From NCBI GenBank assembly GCA_028023455.1, contig JAQFVV010000011.1, forward strand, positions 5,518,001 to 5,582,000: DNA of 64,000 bases, given 5' to 3'. A model generated the notes under the pieces. It had not been told where the DNA came from. It saw only the letters and a list, made by a program, of their open reading frames with translations, and searched no databases. Positions within the stretch are counted from its first letter, which is position 1, and each line of letters starts with the position of its first letter. This document shows, piece after piece, positions 11,627 through 25,499 of this stretch. Made by a program: the position numbers and the translations under genes. The DNA comes from Epiperipatus broadwayi. Its lineage: Eukaryota > Animalia > Onychophora.

Positions 11627-14600
11627 TGTTTTTCACCTATCTTAGATTTGTTTTTTTTAGCCAAAATGACGCCAGAAGAATCTTTCCCGTCGGTATAAGA
11701 GTGATTAAAATTATATTTAGAATTAAAATTAGAAAATTGCATAAATTACTGCGTGTCAATGTGTTTTTTTGACTTAATTAAAAGTTGACACAGCAGGCTT
11801 CCGCGGTTCCTGGTAATAAGCGAGTAGGCTAAGAAAACGGACCTAAGATAATATAATGAAGGAGAGGGGGTGTATTGCTATATAGGCGATAGCAGCCATC
11901 TTTAATTCATCCGGACACACATTCAATTTGTAATTTTAATAAAATATTGGAGAAAGTTAATAATTAACCTGTCGGGGTAATAGTCTGAAAATCTTGCATC
12001 CCGCCACCGATGAAAAGCTACCTGAGACGGAGAAACATGAACTAACCACCATAACAACTTAAAGAGGTTCCACGATGAAGAAACAACTTGCCAGTATGGA
12101 ACAGAGAAGCAATGGTAACTACTCCTTCAATTCTAAAGCTTTCCACTAAACTCAACTTTAAAATGCTAGCTTAAATCTTAATCTAATGGCCATAATAATA
12201 ATGTAAACTAAATTCATGTAAATGTAAATTTCATTTTGTTTTATTTCAATCTTAAAATCTTGCCTAAAATTAGAAATGATTTAATAACTTTATTTTAAAC
12301 CCTAAAATCTCGCCTGATTTATAAACCTATTTATTCTTATAATTCGTAAATAATTCAGTGACAGATTGATTTATGATTTATTATTCCAAAATCTGAGTTA
12401 TTTCCATTGAGAACACATTTCATTTATTAACTTGATTTTATGATATTATGTATTGGTTTACTTGTAGAAATTGATGATTGATTTAGTTATGTATTAGTCT
12501 TATTCTAAGTAATTAAATGCTATTCAATTTTAACTTGCTAAAATCTAGAATTTAAATCTTTTATATAAATTTAGTCACGTATATTACTTAATGATCTGTT
12601 TTAAAATAATTATTAAAATTGTTAAGTTAATTTATATATCTTAAGTTAATGATAATCTTTGCCGTCATTAATCTTATAAACTTAGAATTATCGAAACTGA
12701 GTCAATCATATTGCAGCGAATGTCGCATAAGTTTAATTTTAAACAAAACCAAATTTCAAATTTCACTTGCGTGAAATTTTATCATACTTTAAATATTGCA
12801 TTTCTTAATTAAATCTATGCCAAATCTTATTATTTTAGTTATGTTATATTGTTTATGGTATATGTTTTCAAGACCGAGCTTTATTCGTAATTAAACCATT
12901 AGCGAAAATTAAATAAAGATTCGCACGCATATATATGTCATTTTGCGTATATATGTAATACGTGTAATAATGCACAAACTAAAAAGCTTTGTTTTGAAAT
13001 GGATAAAATATCTTGAATTAAATATAATTACAAGCGTACCATTATTCTAAAATAGATTCGCTTTTAAAATTAATATTTTAACAATATTCAGTTGAAGTGA
13101 TAAAATGCAGCATAAATTTGTAATTCTGTATTTTAATTTCCCCATATGCTGTAATCCTCCTTAAGTAAATAAGAGCCTATACAGATAGCTTTGTAAATTG
13201 GATTCGTAAACTTTCCTGAATAGTATAATTATACATACTAGAATATGAACTGATATAGGGTAGTTTCATGAAGGAAACTCTTAATTAGTGTCGTAATTTT
13301 ATGATATGATTATGGTGTCAGCGGTGCATATGTGTCTTTAAGAAACGCTATGGCATAACTCACTTGGTGCTGTATTTCTTTATTGGTCATACGTGTTAGG
13401 GCTACACCAGTACATTTAGTTCAGGCAATTATCTTCCTCAGGTGGTGATTGGTACACACCAACCCATTCTGCATCTTTAATAAGGGAGCTTGAGACTCAC
13501 CAAGAGCGTAAGACTCCCATAACTCCCACATAATATAAATTGCTCGATCCTCCAGACTAAAAAGGCCTCTTATTTCACAGCAATGAGTTCGGTTGAAGGG
13601 AACCATTACTTCTTAAAAATCCCGTGAATAAGGCAAATATGAGATGCAAAAGGACTCAGAATTGTATGTTTCTGAAGTCTAGCTCCCAATAATCAGTTCA
13701 TCCTGCCATTATGATTATTATTTAAGCTTTGATCTGAATTAGAATCCAGTTTAAAATGTATATTAACTATGTAGAGAATATATTAATTATTCGTGCTAGA
13801 TAAAATATTTTCTTTATTAAAATTTATAGTCACTTCCACTATCTATTAAAGCAAATGTAAATCCTATTATAGCATAAACTAGGCATAGATAACCATGAGC
13901 AAAGTTATTTTGTTATAAAATAATATTAAGCTCATGAAAATGTAACTATTATAATTTCATCAACTGCGAGTGATAGTTACACACATATATAGCTAAATAA
14001 ATGAATTAATTGTAACCTAAAATTTACACTCACCTACATGTGATTTGATGCTATATATATATACCGGAAATGCATAAAACCTTAAAAGTCTAATAATTGT
14101 AACTAGAAATTTATAATCACCTGCGAGTTATTTGATCTATATATGTAAACCAAGTCATGTAAACTCAGCTATGCAAAATTACTTCTAAAACCCATCACTT
14201 GCATGTGAATCCCATTATACTGTAAACATCCCTTAATCACCTGCATGTGAGATCAGACACCTAGCCATCAAAATATTGTTTTAAATTATTGTTTTTATAT
14301 TTTAAATTATTTAAATTAATTTTAAATTTACTCTTGCTTCATGTCTTAGTCTTGCTCACCGACTCATAATTATTTAGTATTTAATAATCATCTTATCATT
14401 ATTTATTAAAATCTTCCAATGTTTACTAGTCATATATAAGCCACATGATATGTATATAATTATGCTAAATAGAACGCCAATTGTTCAGTCTTTTGTTCTA
14501 CTGATATGCTACTGCCGGCACGTGAAGAAGGGAAATACTGCTGTGACCTCAACTGTGTTATCTGCAAGGTAGTAAGTCTATGAGCAATGGTAGAGGAACT

Positions 14601-14708
14601 AGGGTTGGGCCAGAGTCGTGGCTTCCACCACCATAAACCTGGTCGGCCTTAGGATGATCTATCAAAGTTCTAGATTTTGTTTCGCGAATGTACATATTTG
14701 ACCATTAC
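11627..14708 (+). mobile_element. Family A LTR copy 3, lacking the first ~430 bp
   Basis: Direct repeat of 5888-8928, roughly 90-95% identical by eye. It joins gag at a TGTT microhomology, ends ...CCATTACA, and like copy 2 is followed by GTAGAT. Confidence 0.85.
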
Positions 14709-15359
14709 AGTAGATAAATGCTTGATGTTAAGCATCTTTAAATTTTTAAATTTCTGATAAAAAAGCTTATATTATTTTTTTAAGTTGAGGAATCAAGTTC
14801 AAACCCTATATTTTGGTTTGTTGGTGCTTAAAACTAAAGTTGTAATATTTAGTTAATTTTGATTTTAAAATATAATATTCTTGTTAAATATTTTAGACTC
14901 ATTAATTAGAAAGAGTTTAATAAAGCTAATAATTAAAATAGAATATTTTAAGATAATGAATAAATGAATATTGTATGAATGAATAAATATACTATTATTT
15001 ATTGGGACTTAGGTATTAGTCCTGCAATGTAGGGAAGATGGTATGCCTTTTCACATCTGCCATAAATATATAACCTTGCAATCACATCAAATTTAAACGA
15101 AATAAACCCTGCGATGTTATCTCATCTCATGTGAAAATGTGTTTCTCTTTATCAAAACGTTTTTTTTTTTTTGATATTTTGACATTTTCAGTTATTGTTC
15201 AGATTTCTTTCTGACAACAGCTTTCATTTCAATTGCATTTTTGCTTCATCCAAGTATTTCTACGTTATTTCTGAGTTACTCCAGTTCATTTGATTTTAAG
15301 TGTCTAAGTATACATAGTGTTCATTTTTGTCCTTTTGATTTTCTTTTCATAAATTTCCT

Positions 15360-15605
15360 CATGCCGGTTACGAACATTTTCACATGAACTGCAGATATAA
15401 ACATTGTGAATCCAGCAATTGGGGTTCATGCACAAAACATTGAAAGACTACAGGGTTCTGTGAAATGGCGAAATAAGCAGCAGCATGGGACATCAAGGCA
15501 ACACCTCGGCTCGTACCTGGCTGAATTTATATGTTACGTATATTGATAAAAGGTTATGACATGTTCATTTGCTTCTGAATGACATAAAAAAATCTCTGCC
15601 AGGAT
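15360..15605 (+). pseudogene. Merlin/ISXO2 (IS1595-family) DDE transposase C-terminal fragment
   Basis: Manual translation gives GYEHF...(1-nt frameshift)...IVNPAIGVHAQNIERLQGSVKWRNKQQHGTSRQHLGSYLAEFIC. This matches the family motif GAHTQNIERLW...HL.SYL.EF. Confidence 0.75.
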
Positions 15606-16930
15606 GAAAAGTTATAAAAGTGTTGTAATTTATATTTCTTTATTTTTGTGAATTATTTTGTTTTGTTTTTTTTTAAAAAAAAATACATTCATTTATTAGC
15701 ATTTCTGTGGAAAATCTCATTCAGCCAATGTAGTGCACAATCACTGAAAATTTTCAGTTGAGATCTCCATTTTGTGTCAAAAATGTAAATGTCAAATTGC
15801 TTGTTTCAATCTGAAAATTTCTGTTATATATTCGACAATAGTATATGTGTATATTTTATGTTTTTTGTAAATAATAATAATAAAGAAAATAATTTAGTGA
15901 TTGTTTTGTCCATATTTAAAGTAACATTTGGTACTAGAGTAATGATGTTTCATATTTCACATATTTTTGGGCAGAGAAAATGTACTTTTTAAGATTGGCT
16001 TTTTTTTTTTTTTTTTTTTTGTGAAATTCATATTTTTAGTGTTGTTATAAATTTTACAGTGTGAAAGTCATATATATTTCTGTATGGCAAATCAGTATTT
16101 ATTTTTAAACTGTTCTTTTTAATATCGATTTATCATTGTTATAAATTTTAAAGTTTTTGATGAGAAAGTCATATATATTTGTATATGGGAAATCAATTTT
16201 TTTTAAAAGGTTCTTTTTAATATTGATTTCTTGCTCAAATTTATATATCTTTATTATTGTTATAAATTTAAATGCCACTCCATTTACTATTGTTATATTG
16301 TTATAAATTTTATACTTTTTTGTGTGAAAGTCATATATTTTATACTTTTAGTTGTATGAAATATTTTTAGTCCTGCAACATGGAGCACATATTAGCATGC
16401 TATGCCTTTTCACTTATGTATTCAACCTTCCAACAACTTCATAAATCTTACGAATTTTCTCATGTATAAGATCTGGATACATATTACTTTTTGCAAATCT
16501 TGTGTACAAGATTCTTGTACACGTTATTTTGGTCAGATCACAGGATTACAAAGTTATCATCAGATTGATACAAATGTGAAAAAGTGCAGCTGGTCTAATG
16601 CAGGACTAATACCTAAGTACCAATTTATTTTAAAATTTTCCTAAAAATAATTTTAAAATCTATTCTGACATTTGTCAAGATAAATGTATTAAATTGTAAT
16701 AATATTTGATTGGTTAAAGATATAATATAAATTTCAATTATGTAATATTTTTATTTTATCCTAGGCTATATTAATTTTTTAAGTTGAGAAATAAGTTCAA
16801 ACCTTTATTTATTGGTCTGCTGGTGTTTAAAACTAAAGCTTTAAAACATAATATTCTAGTTAAATATTTTAGACTCATTAATTAGTAAGAGTTTAATAAA
16901 GCTAATAATTAAAATAGGATATTTTAAGAT

Positions 16931-16969
16931 AATGAATGAATGAATGAATGAATGAATGAATGAATGAAT
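16931..16969. repeat. (AATG)n microsatellite
   Basis: About 9 direct copies. Confidence 0.95.
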
Positions 16970-19900
16970 ATTATACTTATTTAATATTATATTTAAAATC
17001 TATTCTGAGATTTGTCAAGATAAATGTATTAAATTGTATTAATATTTGATTGGTTAAAAATAATATAAATTTTAATTATATAATATTTTTTATTTTATCT
17101 TCGTCTTCTGTAATTTTTAATTAATTATTTTATTGTAACAGGAAGTAAATTAACTAATTTTGTTTCAGTTGTCTAGACAACAGTTAAAAGCATTGATTTA
17201 TTATAAAATTAACAAATTATTTTATGAATTAATTTTCTTTAAAAGACAAATGAAATAAAATCCACAGTGGTTCAATTTCTTCATGCACTTTAGTACAAGT
17301 TACAATATATAATACAAGTTACAATATATTGAACCAGGTCCCTCCAAATATAAATGATTGTTGTTGGGTTTAAATACTTTTAACATATAATCTTTTAATA
17401 TGTTTTGGAATCTAAAACTTTAATAAGTTTATATCTCATGTTTATATCTCTCAACTTTAATTAAGTTCTAGCATTTACTTTAATAAGCTTATTATCACCC
17501 TTAATATATGTTTATGCATTATACTTTAAACTACAGGAATGGATCTGACACTTTAAGCAGAGGGGAGAATACCATTGATAGCATAGCCATCAACGATACC
17601 CGCAGTCAGATCGGGCTATGAAAAGCATAACATGACCACATTTTCTGACTGTGACCACATTTCCTGACTGTGGCACACCTCTATTTCTGGAACAAAACCT
17701 GCCATCCAAAGCATTTTATTTGTTTTGAGGATCAAAACTCACATGTATATAGCCAGCATGCTTTGGATGACATCCAGTGCTTGAAATATCCCAAGCTATC
17801 TCCTACTCTTAATCAGGGTCCAGCACATTAACTTAGCACACAGATAAACATTTTTTCTCTCTTTAAATAGATGGTGACACAATGACAAGAGAGAGGAAGA
17901 GAATAAATCAAATAATACTTAAGCAAATATTTATTTAAGCATACATATATAATATAACAATCTAATATTTTGCATAAAGAAATCTAAATAATTAATCAGG
18001 CTAATTTTTATAGTAATCCATTAAAGTTTAAAGGGTCTATAGAGCATATTATATTATGAGAAAATATATTTTCCTAAGCTTTTGTGATATTAAATGACAC
18101 GATTCATTTGGTTTTGGTTTCATTAGTGTTACTTTCCAACTGGTTGGCTTTTTGGTCTCCATCGATGGTTTCAGGCTTGTTTTTATTCTTTGGCTTGACA
18201 ATGGGGGGAGTAGTCGCCTCATCTATTTAATGACTTAAGCATTGGTTCCAGATGTGGACAGTTGGTTTTAGCAGAGGACTTTGGAGCCTGAAGCCCAGTT
18301 GAACACTTCTAAGATGGTCTGGCAATGCTTGTTGCTAGTTCTGCCACATCTGCAATAATATTTTCCACAGAAGTAATGACTGGCTCTACTGTACTTAGAT
18401 TTCTGACTCTCTGGAACAATGAATGATGTAACAGCACAAAATGAAGATCAAAATGACTTACAGACTCAAGAGCAGAATAATTCGATCACAAAATGAATGC
18501 CAGAATAAATATAAATAGCCAATTGCAATGTTTATACCTCTTTCTCTCATTGTTTTTAATTCTTTATCATTATTTTTAATTTTGATTGTAACATAAATCT
18601 GTTTTTAATTAAAATTTACATTTACATGTTATCTAATCTTTTTCTTAGATTAATCTACTATCTTGTTGATAGTTTACATGGTTTTCATTAATTCAATTGT
18701 TAGTTTTATCCCTTTTCTTTATCAACCAGTAATCTTTTAAACTAATTACATTTTCGAAAGTTTTCCTTTCTACAAATTAATTTCTATTCTGTTTTCACAT
18801 TTGCTTACTTTTTTTAGACATTTTATTATTTTAATTCATAAAAAAGGAGAGAGTTTTAAATCTTTTTACTTTATATTTTACCCCATCTGCTCATGATAAA
18901 AAGTTTTATTCTATTTTAAAAGAACAATATAATGCAATCATTTTATTTTACAAAATTGCATTTTAAAATCTATATAATGAATTATTTCTTTAACTATTCT
19001 TCCTTTCTTAATAACTTTGATTATATATTTTTGGAATTATAAAATATGTAACACATATATGTGTAAGTTTTTTAACATATATCTCTCACTAGCATTACAA
19101 TATACAATATATAATATATGATTTTACACTCTTCTCAATTACATAAATCCCTACTCCATTGCTTTGGAATATGTCTCTTTCACTTAATGCATATTCAGTA
19201 ATTAAATAATAAATAGAAGGCAATACATTACCTTTGCCCTGATTAAAGTCTTTTAATCCTGCAAGCCCTTAACACATTTTAAAATCATAATAAGATTGGG
19301 GCGAACAGTTTTAACTTTAGATGGCTTGGGTACCTTCAGGAGCTGAAATTTTGGTTAATAAGATGTCTCCCACTGGTTTCTTTTACTGTTTCTCCCTGAT
19401 GGGAATTCCAAGGATTCAAATTAATCAGTGAAGTTGTAGGTTCAAAGATAAATAAACAGTCTGGTTAAATGGTCACATGACCAATAAAATAAATAAGGTG
19501 AGACAGACATCTGACACCAGTTCACACTAACTTGACTCATTTTTCAAATTCTCAATCAATTTTAATTTTTGTTTGTGCAGTTGAATTTTAAGACTCTCAT
19601 GAAAAAGAATAATTTTATTTAAACTTATTATTTTCTAGTCCAGTATGATAGGGTAAATTAAAACTATTTAGATATAATTATTTGAACTGATAACACCACA
19701 GGAACCAAAGTCTCTATATCTGCCAATGGAATGATAATATATTTCATTGTTACAATGTTTAAAATATTATGTTTAAAGTTTGCTTCATTGTAAACTTTCA
19801 AAAATTATTATTGTTACCATTATTATAATTTCCTAGTCCAACAAAACATCTGTATTATAATTAAAATTGCCACAGAACATTTGTCTTATTGGCATGAACA

Positions 19901-20653
19901 TTATTAATATTAATTATTTCTTGATATTTTCTTTAAAATATTCATCTATGTCAAATTGTCTCAAATTTATTTGCCCATGTGTAAATAGACTTTAGTTCAA
20001 GATAAAGACTTTATTGATGTAGTGAATATATTTTCAGACATTAAATAATGAAATTAAATCTACAAAAAATATTAAATTAATAATTTATACTTTAATAAAA
20101 TAATTTATTTGTGGCATACTTTAACAAAAGACATTGTTATTAGTTGAAAAACAGTGTGAAGAATTACTTATTATGACTATTTGCATTTGCTCTTCCCTGA
20201 AAGAGAAAGAAAAATCAATTTTCTCCAAGTGGGATAATAATGAAAATTAACTTAAAATATTTAATTGATAAGATATGAAATTTAAAAATGTTTTACATGA
20301 TAAAATTTGGAAATATCAACTTTACCTGCAAAATGAGATCATATCTAATGAATTTAATAACTTTTCTATATTTAATTATTTTATAATACCTGCAAATGAT
20401 TTTTTCCTTTTGTGCATTGCTATGGAGACCGATGAGGTTGCTGATATGAAATATTAATTAAATCTTTTCTCCTACAAATATTTAATGATATTTGATGTAC
20501 GTTCTTATTAAAAGTACTTTATTATGTAGGTTATTATTATAAATATGAATAATTTATCTAATGGATTAATTCAAAAATCTAAGTTCAAGTATTTGAGAAA
20601 TATTTACTATATGATATCATGAATATTTATCCTAATTTAAATCAAGGAATATG

Positions 20654-23573
20654 TGTAACGAATGGCCATGAACTTTTCCTATATTTGCTAACAGAATTAT
20701 TTTGAATTTAATAATGTGTAATGGTAAGAATTGTCCCTCCACATAACAAAATCCAGAACACAGGAAAAATACACTAAAATTCAATCCTTTCATCTCTGTT
20801 CCGGCCAACATTCAATCCTTTCACCTCTGCTCAATGATCTAATGCCCTATGGATAACATTTCCCAAGGTACACAGGCATTCAATTTAACCACAGTTCGGC
20901 AGTCACACAGGGTGGAACAAGAGACTCATAAAATAATTAACTTAACATTGATTTGATAAGATATACACACATATGACTAAGTGAACCATTACTATAATAA
21001 TGATTAATTATGAAATCTCATAGAAAGGTCTACATATATATACAATGATGTATGTGTAAATAAATATAGAGTTGGATGAAAATGAATTCATGGTCAATAA
21101 AGATATGAAAACGAGTTATATTTTAAATAATATTAATTTAATAAAGACAATAAATATAGTAAAACTAAAATATACCAAACTATAGAATTAGAATATGAAA
21201 GATTACACTCACAGGCATTACATAACTAATGAGATTATATGTTACATGTTATCTCATCATAAGTATACAATAAAGTATTGTGCGGTATTCAAGTCTATGC
21301 CTATATTAATATGCCAAATTTCCAGCTCTTTTGTAGTCTGCTAAATCATATGGAACTTAATAGCCAAAGTTATATAACTAACTTAATAGCGCTCCTATGG
21401 CATCTATCTATATATAACAGGTTAAGTTGAGCACATAATCAGGCTCAGAGATACGCAGGTTAGCGTGTTAACCTAGATTAGGATTTATACTGATGCTGGA
21501 TAAGCGTTTAATATAAAGGAAGAGAAAACTGGTTTATTATAGGTTTACCTATATACTCTATGCACATATTAAAATATTAATAAAACTATAAGGTGCAAAT
21601 GGGTCATTATTCATGGGCTTCAGCAGCAAATGCTCGGTGACCTATGACCGAACAACTTGCTATGAATAAGAATAGTAGTAGTTCAGGGAGTCGGATAAGC
21701 ATTAATATGAATAATCTGGACCCTTGTGTTCCAGTTCTAAAAGAGTTTGCATTACCCAAACTAAGTGGATAAGTGTGACCTCTGCCAGCAACTCATCAAG
21801 AATCATGCAGCAAGCAGTTAATCATACATAGCATACTTAGTAAGGACACACCTGCAGCTTATACATATATATAACACAAATACGCAAAATTACCTTAGCA
21901 TGTCTTAAAAATATTAGCGTCTATTTGCATATCTATACAACCCAGTTTTCAAGTTTAGTATTTCAAATATACTATTTAGGGACTAAATTAATTAGTAACC
22001 TTGTTTTAAGATTATCACCTGCATTTCAACATATATAAATCTATGGAGGACAAAGCATATTTGAGGGGCAATGGTTTGATAATATCTCTGTGACTAGTTC
22101 CTATGATGTACAAGTTACATATATAGATAGTTATAATTTATAACTAGAGTTGAGCAAACTACAATTTTAACTAGAGCACTACTGATTACTATAATATTAA
22201 TACACAAAAGTAATCAGTAAAGCAATAACATGATCTCGAAACAGCGAATGCAAAAAGTAATTCAATCATTTAATATTTATTATCATGAAGATTTGAAATT
22301 ATCTTCACATAGAAATAAGTTAAAATTATACATATATAATATTTGCGGTTTCAAGTTATTTGGCATATTAAATACATATAATATTTAAAATGATAAAATT
22401 ATAGAATTGAATAGATCGAAAATAGGCATAAAAGACTGCAGAAAATTATACATAGTTTAAAATAGATTATCATAGTTTTACATTTTAAGAGAGAATTTAA
22501 CATTATAAGTTTTACAATCAGATAAGATACAAAGATTAGCATTTAATAGCTTCCTTTACAGATTTTAGATAAGGTGTTGAACAGATTTAGTAAATAGCTA
22601 GCTTTAAATAGAGAATTGAATGTCACAGTTTATGAACAGAGCTCTGAGTGGAAATTTATCAATTTACCGGTCAGTTGTCTTCATTGCAGTTCTGAGCACT
22701 TGGGACAATAAGTTGTAAGTTGACACTTTTGGTGATGTTTTGACATTAATGGAGATTCTTCCACCACGGGCTGCTTTGCTGAGGTATGGCTCATTGTATT
22801 TTGTAGGAACAAAGTTCTTCCATCCCTGGTAAGGAGAGGCGGTAAGCTATGGCCTACTTACCCCACTATTTCAAAAGCAAAACAAACATAGGTTCGGTTT
22901 ACAATTCACTTATTATATATATAACTCTGATCAGTTGGCTACAAAACTTGAACTATTTATATTTTTCTTAATTCTGGTGATCTGGTTATTTTTACAAGCT
23001 TGACCTTAGTTGAAAAACCCATTAATTTATTTTAGAAAAACATATTTAATTACTAAAACTAATTTAGATTCTGTTTTTCTACCCCCCCCCCCATAGTTTA
23101 CTATTACAACTCTATAAAATTCTGAGAATTGTCATTAAAATTTTGGATTTATAAAATCAAGTTCACACTATTTTAAGACTATTGCATGACCTAATTAAAA
23201 GTTGTTTATAACTAAAACTAAAAACTGCTTTTATAATTAGTATAAAACTAATTTTATTACTATATATGTAGTATAATAATATGAGAATGGTCTACATACA
23301 TATGCGATCTCAATAAAATTAATCGTAAAATTGACTAATACTTTAGACTAAAATATTTCTTAAAGTAGAAATCTTTTAAAATGAGCACATATTTTTAATA
23401 TATATATACTATTAAATTACAGACTTACCATTCACATATATATGTGAAATACTGCATATATAGTATTTTAAGGTTGTTTAAATGGGTACTCTGAGAGGGC
23501 TTAAACCTGGCATAGAGATAAGTGTGGGGATAAAATATGTGAAACAGACAGGTGGATGAAACTGACTGTTTCA
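20654..23573 (-). mobile_element. Divergent family A solo LTR, copy 4 (about 2.9 kb)
   Basis: Ends are TGTAACG... and ...CTGACTGTTTCA. Near-TSD TATG/AATG. Internal blocks such as CATAGC...TAAGGACACA and GCATATTT..GGG are shared with copies 1-3. Confidence 0.65.
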
Positions 23574-25001
23574 AATGATATCCAAAGAAGTGCTTTCTAC
23601 ATTTTATAGTTATGCTATAGATTTAATAGCTTAAGTTATAATTAATAATTTGTAAAGCGCATACTCATTACGTAAGTAATATATATTAAGGCTATCACCT
23701 TAAGACTATGCACCTAAAATGTGACAGTAGGGATCTCTCCATATCTAAAAACAAGATTAATGACTTTAAAAGACAAGAGCTTGCATGATGGATATGTTTG
23801 CTGTCCATAAGATGTGTTGCCATCATACTTCTTCATATTCAAGATTAATGGAGAATGATTCAAGAAGGAAGCAGAGGGACATTATTTAATTTATTTATTT
23901 AATGGTAAAGGATTGAATTTTGTTGTACTATGATTTTTTAATACTATTTTTCATTTATGTGCATATCATTTTTATGATGTATGCTATATAGTGAAATATT
24001 AGAGGTTAAAGTTCTCAGAATAGTACTTTATCATATTTACATGTTTTGAAATAGTATGTGTTTTCCTTTTTAAAATATGAATAATTTATTTACAAAGGTA
24101 TATTGTTATGCTGTAAGCTCAATAAACTGATATATATTTCTATGATTTATTTACGACTTATTGCTTAATTTTAATAGAATCATATTTGGTATTAATTAAT
24201 TATTGTTATTTATCATATTTTGACATTTGTTAGCTTTTGTATTTTTGTTATAGATTTATTCTCATTCTATTTTAAGAATGCTTTTATATGCTAGTAGCTT
24301 ATTTTTCAAAAGAGATGATAGCATTTGGCTCTCTCATTATTTGTTGTCTTCCTAGTATTTATAGGCTTATAGCATATATTTAGGGATTGAAGTTTAGACT
24401 TTATGGCAATTCTTATTTAGTATTTTGTCATGATGCATTTTATCATTATTTTCATGCTAGTGATAGTCCTAGATTCTTTATTAGCCCTCAAAGTAGGAAT
24501 GCCTTGAGCTATGCCATCATACTTTCACTTGACCTTACTTTATTACTATTGAAATTTGATATTGTTTGTGGTTTAAAATATGTGTAAGATTTTACCATGG
24601 CTTTATCTGGCATTTTTAGTGATTTAATCAAGGTATTGAGGAATTCTCTCTTAGCTCTAGAGCATTCTTGGTCAACTTAAAATGTGAATAGTACAATGTA
24701 ATCCTATGTTTAAGCTTTGCTAATTGTCAGGACTAAATATAGAATTTTAAAGTTATTTTAGGCATAATGTGGGATTGATAAACTAATATTATTATTATTA
24801 AGTAAGCCAAATATTCATAGAAGGGACACTATTGATATGAAGATTATTATCACTGTGTGGATGAATTAATACATGTGAACTTTTGACTAATTAACAATAA
24901 AAAGCTACTTTAATATGTTGGATTATTTTACTTTTGGAATTTATTTTTAATGAACCAGTATATACATTATACAGGCTTGACACCTGCATTTATATATGTA
25001 A

Positions 25002-25499
25002 TATATGCGGGATTCGAACTCAGACTTTCACACCACCCACAACTCTCAGTGCCATCTTATATTGTTGACCCACCTGATCTCACACATGTTGAAAAGATTA
25101 ATAATCACCAATATACGTATTTCATGCTAAACCAGCACTCATCAGTTGGTCCAGATTACCATCTCGACACATATATACAATCAGTACTTAGCTTTATAAT
25201 GTGGGCTTTGAACATTCCATCATCAGATTTTCAATGAAATAGAAGGCTGAAGAGTTCTGGATTGGAGTAGTTTGAAGCCTGTCCATTAAAGTATGAAGAT
25301 TAATATAAAGCTGAGTACTGATTGTATATATGTGTGGAAATGGTAATCTGGACCAACTGATGAGCGCTGGTTTAGCACATAATACGTATATTGGTGATTA
25401 TTTATCTTTTCAACATGTGTGTGATCAGGTGGTCAGCAATATAAGATGGCATTGAGAGTTGTGGGTGGTGTGAAAGTCTGAGTCCGAATCCCGCATATA
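25002..25499. mobile_element. Fold-back insertion (about 196-bp inverted arms, 105-bp spacer) with a hammerhead in each arm; PLE-type inverted terminal repeat
   Basis: 25002-25198 is the reverse complement of 25304-25499 with few mismatches. Confidence 0.8.
25107..25150 (-). ncRNA. Apparently intact minimal hammerhead ribozyme
   Basis: The minus strand reads ACCAA-CTGATGA-GTGCT-GGTTT-AGCAT-GAAA-TACGTA-T-A-TTGGT: 5-bp stem I, 5-bp stem II, palindromic stem III ATACGTAT and a UA cleavage site. The plus-strand twin at 25352-25395 has lost GAAA. Confidence 0.8.

Larger units (their letters stand above)
14770..17100. repeat. Shuffled local duplications in AT-rich DNA
   Basis: 14770-14990 matches 16770-16985. 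16650-16760 matches 16997-17100. 15016-15060 matches 16366-16415. A degenerate ~100-bp repeat (GAAAGTCATATAT) lies at 16020-16350. Confidence 0.7.

Noticed and set aside
17330-19524. Possible fifth, distant family A LTR (right end GGTGAGACAGACATCTGACACCAGTTCA resembles the family terminus)
   Set aside because: No TSD (ATAT versus CACT), internal blocks are not collinear with family A, and no TATA at the expected place. It is probably a repeat, but I cannot classify it.
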